Source of the DNA: Longimicrobiales bacterium
Lineage (GTDB): Bacteria; Gemmatimonadota; Gemmatimonadetes; Longimicrobiales; Gaopeijiaceae
Assembly: GCA_965197725.1 (NCBI GenBank)
Contig: CBDANQ010000061.1
Span: 192,001 to 256,000 of the forward strand
Length of the DNA: 64,000 nt
Direction: 5' to 3'
The notes beneath the pieces are model-generated. The model saw only the letters and a list, made by a program, of their open reading frames with translations, ran no database searches and was not told the origin of the DNA. Position 1 is the first letter of the stretch; each line of letters opens with the position of its first letter. Positions 50,264 to 58,393 of this stretch are shown here, piece after piece. The translations under genes were made by a program, and so were the position numbers.

Positions 50264-50893
50264 TTAGTGTCCCTCGGACTGTGCCTTAAGGTGCTCGACG
50301 ATCTTTGGCACTTCGGTTGGAGCCACGTTCTCGTAGTAGCGCGAGTTGATCTGGACGCAGGTCGGAAAGCCGCACGCCGCGAGGCACTCGGAGGTCTCAC
50401 CCAACTCGGTGTCGGTGTAGCACAGAAACGCCTCGACCACGTCGTCGGCGCCGCACAGGCTGCACGAGATGTTCGTGCATACCTGGACCAGATGCCGGCC
50501 GACCGGTCGCTTGTTGTACATCGTGTAGAACGTCGTGACCCCACGAACGTAGGCCCGGGGCAGCTCGAGCAACTCGGCGACTCGATCCATCGATTCGGGG
50601 CTCACGTATCCTCGCAGCTCTTGCGCAAGTGCGAGTGCGGGCAGTAAAGCCGCCTGCCTATCCGGATAGCGGGTCAGGATCTTGTCGAACCTGTCCAGAT
50701 ACTCTCCCTCGAAGAGCTGCGCCTCGGGATTCGTTTCGGACAGCATGAAAGGCATCGTCCCCGCTCCCGAGGCATGTCCACCGTGCTTCGGACGCACACC
50801 GACGAAGTCGTCGCCCCGGACCTGCTCTTCCGTGAGATCGAACTCGCCGCTATTGCCGGCCCATCCGGGGTTCCTGAACGGAACGTCGCTCAC
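50264..50893 (-). CDS. nuoE: NADH-quinone oxidoreductase subunit E (internal ~10-aa deletion)
   Basis: TFYTMY, CTNISC...ECLAAC; GTG start overlapping the nuoD stop. Confidence 0.82.
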   Translation of the reverse strand: MSDVPFRNPGWAGNSGEFDLTEEQVRGDDFVGVRPKHGGHASGAGTMPFMLSETNPEAQLFEGEYLDRFDKILTRYPDRQAALLPALALAQELRGYVSPESMDRVAELLELPRAYVRGVTTFYTMYNKRPVGRHLVQVCTNISCSLCGADDVVEAFLCYTDTELGETSECLAACGFPTCVQINSRYYENVAPTEVPKIVEHLKAQSEGH

Positions 50894-52172
50894 CGATCGA
50901 TCTCCCCGAGCACGATGTCGAGGCTCGCGTTGATCATGATCAGATCGGAAAGCAGATGACCCTCGGCAAGCTTCGCGATTACCGACAGGTTGACGAACGA
51001 GGGCGGGCGCACGCGCCAGCGTACTGGCTTGGTGCCCCCTTCTTCCGCCACCAAATACATGCCGAGCTCGCCCTTGGAGCCTTCGATCGCGAAGTAGCAG
51101 TCGCCCTCGGGCGCCCGAATCCCGTCGGTGATCACCTTGAAGTGATGGATCATGCTCTCCATGTCGGACATCGTGTCCGTCTTGGAGGGCAGCGAGATGT
51201 TCGGGTCCTCGACGTTGATGGGTCCGTCCGGCAAACGCTCGAGCGCCTGGCGGAGGATGCCCACGCTCTGCTCCATCTCTTCCATGCGGCACAGATAACG
51301 GTCGTAGCAGTCCCCGTGCTCTCCGATCGGTATCTCGAAGTCGTAGGTCTCGTAGTCGTAGTACGGCCGGTCCCTACGCACGTCGTAGTCGACGCCGGCG
51401 GCGCGCAGGTTCGGTCCCGTGAAGCCGCAGTTGATGGCGTCTGGGCCGTTGATCCCGCCTATTTCCTTGCGTACGCCCAATGTGGATCTGATTCCCGGTA
51501 AGGAGGTGGTGTACCTCCGCGAGCGTGTTTGGGAACGTGTCCAGGAACTCGCGCAGCGCGTCGGTCCACCCCTCCGGAAGATCCGCCATCATCCCCGCCG
51601 ACGCGCGTGGCCGACGTCGTGATGCGGGCCCCCGTAAGCGACTCGTGCAGCTTGTAGATGCGTTCCCGTTCCTGGAAGGAGTACAGAAACGGTGTAAACG
51701 CACCTACGTCGATGGCGGTCGTACCGAGCCAGAGCAGATGCCCGAAAATCCGGTCCATCTCCATGAGAATCACGCGGACGACCTTGCACCGTTCGGTGAC
51801 CTCGATGCCCATGAGTTTCTCGACGGACATCACGTAGGCGCAGTTATAGATCAGCGGCGCCAGATAATCCATGCGATCCGTGAGCGTGACGATCTGATTC
51901 CACGTGCGGTACTCGCCGAGCTTCTCGAAGGAAGAGTGCAGATACCCGATGTGCGGGACGACCTTCTTCACAGTCTCGCCGTCGAGCTCGCAGACCAACC
52001 GGAGCACGCCGTGCGTGGCCGGATGCTGCGGCCCGATGTTGATGAGCATGTGCTCGGTGCTCAGGTCCGGCTCGGCGATGTCGAACGGAGCGATCGGGCT
52101 GAGTGCGGGGTTTCCATCCACCCCCATCTCACGCCCGCGCCCGACTTCGAGCTCTATCGTCTTCCGCGCCAT
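50890..52172 (-). pseudogene. nuoD: NADH-quinone oxidoreductase subunit D with two +1 frameshifts
   Basis: GPQHPATHGVLR in frame 1; MMADLPEGW... in frame 2 after the G run at 51593-51596; GFTGPNLRA...DIVLGEIDR in frame 3 after the A run at 51462-51464. Confidence 0.88.
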
Positions 52173-52882
52173 CAGGCGTCTCCCTCGGTCTCATCCGAAG
52201 CGAGCGTGCCGACTTCGGCGGGTGCGACCTCCTGCGGGTCGTGTCCAGCACTCAGGTCCTCGGCGAGGTAGAAGCGCTCGACATCCTGGTTGAGCGCCCG
52301 GCGAGTCTGTTCCGCCCGAGAGAAGCGGCCGCGCAGCGGGAAGTCCTTCCTGAGCGGGTGACCCTCGGCGTAGTCGTCCGGCATGAGGATGCGGCGAAGA
52401 TCCGGGTGGCCCTTGAAGGTCACGCCGAAGAGATCGAAGACCTCACGCTCCAACCAGTCCGCGACTTTCCAGAGGTCGACGATCGAATCGATCTCGAGCG
52501 TATCGAGCGGAAGCTCACACCGGACACGCAGCTCGCGCTTGTGCACCGTCGAGAACATCTGGTAGACCACGTTCACCGGCCGGCCGCCCCCATAGTCCAC
52601 CGCGGTCACGTCCGACATCATGTCAAATTGATGATCCGGATCCGCCTGCAGCCAGCTCAGGATCTCGTGGCTCTTGTCAGGCGCGATCCAGACGACGTGT
52701 TGACCGCCCGCATATACGCGGTGCCGTACCACCGCATCGCCGAAGCGCTCCATGAGCGCGGCGACCGAAGTGTGCTCGCTCGGATCGCCCTCTGGGCCGC
52801 TGTGGTGTGCACCGGATACGTCAGAGGAGACCGGACCGTCGTCGACCGCATCCAGTCCGTTCTCGTCTTTCTCGTCTGTCAT
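52172..52882 (-). CDS. nuoC: NADH-quinone oxidoreductase subunit C
   Basis: WLEREVFDLFG.F.GHPDLRRIL, GHPLRKDFPL. Confidence 0.92.
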   Translation of the reverse strand: MTDEKDENGLDAVDDGPVSSDVSGAHHSGPEGDPSEHTSVAALMERFGDAVVRHRVYAGGQHVVWIAPDKSHEILSWLQADPDHQFDMMSDVTAVDYGGGRPVNVVYQMFSTVHKRELRVRCELPLDTLEIDSIVDLWKVADWLEREVFDLFGVTFKGHPDLRRILMPDDYAEGHPLRKDFPLRGRFSRAEQTRRALNQDVERFYLAEDLSAGHDPQEVAPAEVGTLASDETEGDA

Positions 52883-53573
52883 AGGCTAAGGGGGGGGTGT
52901 CCTCGGAGGTCGACCCCGCACGCACCTCCTCCCCGCTCGACAGCTGATCCTGCTGCGTCGAATTCCCAAACGGACCCGAGAGCTCGGCCACTTCCAGGTC
53001 GCTCGCCCGCGGCTTCGCCACGAGTGTCGGGTCCTCGGCGCGGTGCTCGAAGTGACGCGTGAGCGACTCCTGGCGGATCTTCTCCTGGATCATCATCAGC
53101 CCATAGATCAAGCCTTCCGGACGCGGCGGGCACCCCGGGATGTAGACGTCGACTGGAACGATCGTATCGATTCCCTGCACCATCGAATACACGTCGAACA
53201 CACCGCCCGAGCTCGCACACGCGCCCATCGAGATGCACCACTTGGGTTGCGGCATCTGATCCCAAACTCGGCGCAGGACCGGAGCGAGCTTGTACGGCAC
53301 TCGCCCCGCGCAGATGAGCACGTCGGCCTGACGCGGGCTGAACGACATGCGCTCCATACCGAAGCGAGCGAGGTCGAAATTGGACGCCGCTGACGCCATC
53401 ATCTCGATCGCGCAGCAGGCGGTGCCGAAGGGCATCGGCCAGAGCGAATTCCTCCGGCCCCAGTTGACGATCCAGTCGACCTTGCTGGTCAGGAAGGTCG
53501 GGCTACCCGCTCCCAAGATTCCACCCGTCGTCGCGCTCGTGCCTCCGCCTGGCAGAATATCTTTCAGTCCCAT
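52821..53573 (-). CDS. nuoB: NADH-quinone oxidoreductase subunit B (3' end possibly extended by a homopolymer slip)
   Basis: GTACCAIEM, SPRQAD, GACA, PGCPPRPE; C8 run at 52890-52897 skips a TAG just before nuoC. Confidence 0.9.
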   Translation of the reverse strand: MGLKDILPGGGTSATTGGILGAGSPTFLTSKVDWIVNWGRRNSLWPMPFGTACCAIEMMASAASNFDLARFGMERMSFSPRQADVLICAGRVPYKLAPVLRRVWDQMPQPKWCISMGACASSGGVFDVYSMVQGIDTIVPVDVYIPGCPPRPEGLIYGLMMIQEKIRQESLTRHFEHRAEDPTLVAKPRASDLEVAELSGPFGNSTQQDQLSSGEEVRAGSTSEDTPPLAYDRRERRERTGCGRRRSGLL

Positions 53574-53920
53574 TCGAGACCTCCCTTCTTCCATTCATAG
53601 AGGAGACCGACGGCGAGAACGACGACGAACATGCTCATCGCCAGGAAGGCGCTCCAACCCAACTCGCGCATCTGCACCGCCCAGGGAATCAGGAAGATCG
53701 TCTCCAAATCGAACACGATGAAGCTGATCGCAACCACGTAGAACTTCACGGAGAAACGTGCCCGCGTACTCCCGAGCGGGATCATGCCCGACTCGTAGGG
53801 CATCAGCTTCTGGGGCGTGTCGCGGCGCGGGTTCAGGATGTGCGATGCAACCACCATCCCGATTGCGTTCACGATGGAAACGCCGACCAGCAGAAGGAGG
53901 GGGAGGTAGGCTCCCGACAT
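53564..53920 (-). CDS. nuoA: NADH-quinone oxidoreductase subunit A
   Basis: PYESG, FIVFDLE, YEWKKGGLEW. Confidence 0.93.
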   Translation of the reverse strand: MSGAYLPLLLLVGVSIVNAIGMVVASHILNPRRDTPQKLMPYESGMIPLGSTRARFSVKFYVVAISFIVFDLETIFLIPWAVQMRELGWSAFLAMSMFVVVLAVGLLYEWKKGGLEWD

Positions 53921-53933
53921 GGTGCCGGTGGGG

Positions 53934-53951
53934 TTGTGAAATAGTTCACTA
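53934..53951. promoter_or_regulatory. Rex-type operator upstream of nuoA
   Basis: TTGTGAA-ATAG-TTCACTA versus Rex consensus TTGTGAA-N4-TTCACAA (1 mismatch). Confidence 0.7.
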
Positions 53952-53960
53952 AGACGCGAA

Positions 53961-53990
53961 AAGTTACCCGGCGCGCCTCTGGAGTGTCAA
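53961..53990 (-). promoter_or_regulatory. sigma70-like promoter of the nuo operon
   Basis: Minus strand TTGACA-N18-TAACTT. Confidence 0.65.
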
Positions 53991-54090
53991 CCTGACGATC
54001 GGCGGTTTTGCGTTATTTTTCGCCGGTTTGCGAGACCTTCCGTGACCCGTGTATGTTGGGCGCTCCGGAGCGCCCACGCAGCGAGCCTAG

Positions 54091-54645
54091 ATGCCCATCA
54101 AGAGCGACAAGTGGATCCGCCGCATGTGCGAAGAGCACCGCATGATCGAGCCCTTCGAGACCGGTCAGGTCCGGGAGGGAAAGATCTCCTACGGCATGTC
54201 CTCGTACGGCTACGACATCCGAGTATCGTCCGAGTTCAAGGTGTTCACGAACGTGCACAACTCGATCGTGGACCCGAAGAACTTCGACGACCGCTCCTTC
54301 GTCGACATCGTCGGAGGGGAGTGCGTCATCCCGCCCAACTCGTTCGCGCTCGCTCGAACCGAGGAGTACTTCCGGATTCCACGTGATGTGCTCGTCTTGT
54401 GCGTGGGAAAATCGACTTATGCGCGCTGTGGTTTGATCGTGAACGTGACGCCGCTCGAGCCGACGTGGGAGGGGTACCTCACGCTCGAGATCTCGAACAC
54501 GACCCCCCTACCGGCGAAAGTCTACGGGGGCGAGGGGATCGCGCAGCTACTCTTCTTCGAGGGGGACGAGGAGCCCGAGGTGGCTTATGCGGACCGACAG
54601 GGCAAGTACATGAAGCAGGTCGGGGTCACGCTCCCGAAGATGTAG
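54091..54645 (+). CDS. dcd: dCTP deaminase
   Basis: [29 protein letters not shown]. Confidence 0.93.
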   Translation: MPIKSDKWIRRMCEEHRMIEPFETGQVREGKISYGMSSYGYDIRVSSEFKVFTNVHNSIVDPKNFDDRSFVDIVGGECVIPPNSFALARTEEYFRIPRDVLVLCVGKSTYARCGLIVNVTPLEPTWEGYLTLEISNTTPLPAKVYGGEGIAQLLFFEGDEEPEVAYADRQGKYMKQVGVTLPKM

Positions 54646-54891
54646 GTGGGAGGTGGGCAGCTCCAGCCGAAGAAGTCCCCCCGCCGACCGCCGATATTGT
54701 CGGCCCACGTCGCCGGGGGGAGGACGGCGGACCGATCAGGCCGCCGGAAATCGGTTCCACATCGATCGGTACCGACTGATTGGCCGACTTTTCCCCTTCC
54801 TGAGGTGGCGGCATAGGTCCCGACCGCGTATGATGACTGAGTCTCCCAACGAAACCTTTCCTGGGGTCGGTCCACGGGAGAAGGGGGAGTC

Positions 54892-55317
54892 ATGTTGGTA
54901 GGCAGACTGGTGGCCCTGATCGAGGACCACGCGGACGAACTGACCGCGAGGGTCGTCCAAAAGCTGCGGGAGGACCCACGGACGCAGGAGTATCGCCGTT
55001 TCGATGCCAGCGAACTCGACGCACGCGCCCGTAGCGTCTACGCGAACCTAGGCGGCTGGCTCGAGGTGACGTCCGAGGACACGGTCGAGGGGGAGTACTT
55101 CCGCCTGGGCCAGATCAGGCGCGAGGAGGGCGTGCCGCTCTCTCAAGTTGTGATGGCGCTTCTCCTGACGCGTCGCAACCTCTGGCAGTTCGTGGAGTCC
55201 CAGGGTGCCGATTCCATGCTGGAGCTCCGCCAGCAGCTGGATCTCGAACTGCTCGTGGTACGCTTCTTCGACCGGGCCATCCACCATACCGTCCGCGGCT
55301 ACGAGTCGGGGGCCTAG
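54892..55317 (+). CDS. RsbRD N-terminal-like helical sensor domain protein
   Basis: LIEDHADEL, LGQIRREEGVPLSQV, FFDRAIHH.V.GYE; GGAG RBS. Confidence 0.6.
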   Translation: MLVGRLVALIEDHADELTARVVQKLREDPRTQEYRRFDASELDARARSVYANLGGWLEVTSEDTVEGEYFRLGQIRREEGVPLSQVVMALLLTRRNLWQFVESQGADSMLELRQQLDLELLVVRFFDRAIHHTVRGYESGA

Positions 55318-55334
55318 CTGCGGGTAAGGTGTCG

Positions 55335-55439
55335 GTCGCAAACAGTCTGCTCTTCGGAAACGTCGCCCAGCTAGCGGTGCAGATCACCTCGGTCGCCACG
55401 GTCTTCGTCTACAGTGCGGTGCTCACGTTCCTCATCCTT
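55335..55439 (+). pseudogene. Ammonium transporter (AmtB) C-terminal helix remnant
   Basis: VANSLLFGNVAQLAVQITSVATVFVYSAVLTFLIL matches the GLLxGNxxQLxxQ...YS.v.TfiIL segment of Amt; no start and no rest of gene. Confidence 0.6.
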
Positions 55440-55519
55440 GTACTTCCTATGCGTGGAGTCAGGAATTAGCTTGGTCAGGTCCGAGTGAATGAGGAACCTT
55501 CCTGTAGCGAGGGCGGGCA

Positions 55520-56077
55520 GTGACAACGTCGTCAACGTTGTACGGAATCGGGGTGGCCGCGCTGGCCATCGTTTCCACCGGGTGCGTTTCCTACATCCCC
55601 ACCGAGCTAGAGACCGTGGCGGCGGGTGCGGACGTGCGGGTCTACCTGACGCCTGAAAGAATGGCGGAGCTTAGGGCAGTTGACGAGCTAGGCCTGCCGC
55701 AGGAGGCGGCTTCTACTTTGCTCAACGGCACCCTCGTGCGACGGGGCGGCGCTGGACTCGGCCTCAGGATCCCGATTGCAAGCCGTGAGATCGGGTTTCT
55801 AAGGAGCCCGATCCTCCGAGAGCTCAACATTTCTCCAAGCGACATTCTCCGAATCCAGCTGCGGGAGCTTGATCGGGGCAGGAGTGCGCTGGCCATAGCC
55901 GGCTCCGCAGGACTTCTGGCAGCCTTGCTGGTCGCCATGCTCAGCGGAGCAGAGAATAGGGTGCCGCCGTCATCCGGGCCGGATCCAGAGGCCAGCCGCA
56001 TTCCCCTTTTGCTCTCCTCGCTGTTTCAGCTGTTTCACATAGGCGATCCGAGTCGGAGCTTTCCGGCAATCAGGTAG
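55520..56077 (+). CDS. Hypothetical lipoprotein with C-terminal hydrophobic segment
   Basis: Signal peptide with lipobox STGC; 185-aa ORF. Confidence 0.6.
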   Translation: MTTSSTLYGIGVAALAIVSTGCVSYIPTELETVAAGADVRVYLTPERMAELRAVDELGLPQEAASTLLNGTLVRRGGAGLGLRIPIASREIGFLRSPILRELNISPSDILRIQLRELDRGRSALAIAGSAGLLAALLVAMLSGAENRVPPSSGPDPEASRIPLLLSSLFQLFHIGDPSRSFPAIR

Positions 56078-56094
56078 GCTACTCGACGCTACCG

Positions 56095-56127
56095 AACGGC
56101 CCCCCTGGATGATCCAGGGGGGCCGTT
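56095..56127. repeat. 33-bp perfect palindrome, copy A (possible terminator)
   Basis: AACGGCCCCCCTGGAT-G-ATCCAGGGGGGCCGTT. Confidence 0.85.
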
Positions 56128-56217
56128 GGCATACGGCCTTCCACTTCTGTTGGGGTACCGGCCCCTATCTATGGGCACCCTTCGCCATCGACGGTGATGC
56201 CATCTGACATCCGGCAG

Positions 56218-57960
56218 TCAGCACGTTATGCACATGTGGTTGTTCCTGACACCTATGCCCTCGAGCAGCGCGATGGTCTCCGGATAGGGCTGCGTGCGCT
56301 GCATGGGGCCGTTGGCCACGTCCACCGTGGTCCGTCCCCGGCGGTCCACAGCGAACGGATCGGCGCCTTGTTCCAACAGGTACAGGACCATCTCATTGTC
56401 GCCCCTGGACGCTGCATTGTGGAGCGGCGTCATGCCGTAGTAGTCCGGCTGAAGTACGTCGGCGCCCAACTCCTCTACCAGGTACTTCACGGCCGCGATC
56501 CAGCCATTCTCCACATGCCGGTGGGCGTTACCCACCCAGGCATCGGCGTACGAATATCCTGTGACCACGTTGATGGGGAAGACCGCGGGCGCCCCGACGG
56601 GCACCTCCGCCACGTCCACTGTCGGTGGCGGGTAGCTGAGGAACGCCGCATCGCGGGCCCTGCGGCGGCCCGCGGGTCTCTTGATCGGGATATGCGGGTC
56701 GGCTCCGGACCGGACCAGCAGCTTCATGGCGTCCACGTCCAGGGCATGAGCCGCCCGTATGAACGCTGTCGCACCCACCCAGTCGAGCCGTAGGAGGTTG
56801 GCGCCCAGTTCCATGTGCCAGATGTTGTACTCGAGACGCGCGTTCACATCCGCCCCAGCCTCCAGCAGCGCTTCCATGAGCTCCAGATAAGTCGTCTGCT
56901 GCTGCAGGTGTGCCGCTGAATGAGGAAACTTGCCCTCCGGCAGCCACTGGCGGCTGATCGTGGCAAAAAGCGGGTTGTCACCCGACGCACTGACCAGGTT
57001 GGGATCCGCACCCCGCTCCAGCAGCATCATCGCGATATTAAACTGGCCGTTGATCGCCGCCATCAGAAGGGGAGAGCTATGGTCTCCGGCAGTCACGTGG
57101 TTGACATCGGCACCCCCAGCCAGGAGGGCCTTGACCGCCTCGATGTTTCCGTCCCGGGCGGCGACGGTGAGCGCTGTCAGACCGCCGTAATCGCCGATCC
57201 AGTCCGTCATCCTCATGACCGGAAGAGCACCGGCACCAGGCAGATCGGGCAGTGAGTCCCTCCCCCTGAGCGAACCCCGACCGCCACGACCCTGCGAGGA
57301 AGAACCGGGGAATTCCGCCAGGCCCAACCTCTCGTTGCGCGCCTTCTGCTCCGCTCTGTCGCCCTCGTTGCGCGCGGCGATGTCGATCACGCGCCCGGTG
57401 ACCACCGGGTCGGCACCGCTATGGAGCAGCGCCGTGACCGCCTCGGCCCGGTTCTTCGCGGCCGCAAAGATCAGCGGCGTGTGCCCCCACACGCTCTCCG
57501 TCTTGTCCAGCTCAGCACCGTGTTCCACCAGCGCTTTGATGGCCTCCACGTCGCCGGCAGCAGCGGAAAAATGCAGGGCCGAGACCCCACCCGTCGAGGT
57601 CAGGGCGTTAACGTCGACGCCCGCAGCCAGCAGCGACTTCAACACCTCTGCATGCCCTTCCCTACTGGCCAGATGCAGCGGCGTATAACTGCCGAGGCGT
57701 GTCTGAGCGTCCACGCCAGCACCGGCGTAGATCAGGATCTCCGCTGTCTCGACATCGCCGTTCACCGCCGCCCAGTGGAGCGCGGTCATGCCATCGCCCT
57801 GGGCCGCGTTCACGTCTGCGCCATGCTTGAGCAGCGAGCGCACTGACTCCACATCGCCTCTCATGGCCGCGTCTGCCACCGGGGAATCCGGAGCCATGGC
57901 CCACAACACCCCCGTCAGAGCCAGAGCCGCGGTCACGTTCACGCGCAAGGTGTTGCTCAT
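56218..57960 (-). CDS. Secreted ankyrin-repeat protein, paralog 1 (C-terminal CITC)
   Basis: Signal peptide; multiple G.T(A/P)LH.A...LL..GAD repeats. Confidence 0.9.
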   Translation of the reverse strand: MSNTLRVNVTAALALTGVLWAMAPDSPVADAAMRGDVESVRSLLKHGADVNAAQGDGMTALHWAAVNGDVETAEILIYAGAGVDAQTRLGSYTPLHLASREGHAEVLKSLLAAGVDVNALTSTGGVSALHFSAAAGDVEAIKALVEHGAELDKTESVWGHTPLIFAAAKNRAEAVTALLHSGADPVVTGRVIDIAARNEGDRAEQKARNERLGLAEFPGSSSQGRGGRGSLRGRDSLPDLPGAGALPVMRMTDWIGDYGGLTALTVAARDGNIEAVKALLAGGADVNHVTAGDHSSPLLMAAINGQFNIAMMLLERGADPNLVSASGDNPLFATISRQWLPEGKFPHSAAHLQQQTTYLELMEALLEAGADVNARLEYNIWHMELGANLLRLDWVGATAFIRAAHALDVDAMKLLVRSGADPHIPIKRPAGRRRARDAAFLSYPPPTVDVAEVPVGAPAVFPINVVTGYSYADAWVGNAHRHVENGWIAAVKYLVEELGADVLQPDYYGMTPLHNAASRGDNEMVLYLLEQGADPFAVDRRGRTTVDVANGPMQRTQPYPETIALLEGIGVRNNHMCITC

Positions 57961-58064
57961 CCTACGCCTCCTCTTGGGCCAGGGACATCACTCGACTCCG
58001 TGGCGACGCGCTGCCCGTGAGACTCCTGGATGCCGGGCGCAACGCCAGCATGCACGTCGCATTT

Positions 58065-58093
58065 ACTTTAGATCCACGGTCCTGTCGCCGCAA
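58065..58093 (-). promoter_or_regulatory. sigma70-like promoter for ankyrin paralog 1
   Basis: Minus strand TTGCGG-N17-TAAAGT, conserved in the sister spacer. Confidence 0.55.
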
Positions 58094-58266
58094 TGCTAAA
58101 GGTTCGGATCCCTGGCGTCGGCCTGAAGCCGCGCAACGAGAGTCAGCGACCACTGTTGCCGCAGCACGCTCGGCATTGCCCGGTTCTGGAGGCCGGCAGC
58201 GGGACAGGCCCTCATTACACCCGCCAGAGCCGGGCTCATCGTGACGAGAAGCGGCGTACGCTACCG

Positions 58267-58299
58267 AACGGCCCCCCTGGATGATCCAGGGGGGCCGTT
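58267..58299. repeat. 33-bp perfect palindrome, copy B
   Basis: Identical to 56095-56127. Confidence 0.85.
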
Positions 58300-58393
58300 G
58301 GCCTTCCACTCTGTCGGTACCGGCCCCTATTCTATGGCACGATCTATGGCACGCCCATCGCCATCGACGGTGATCCCGTCTCACATCCAGCGG

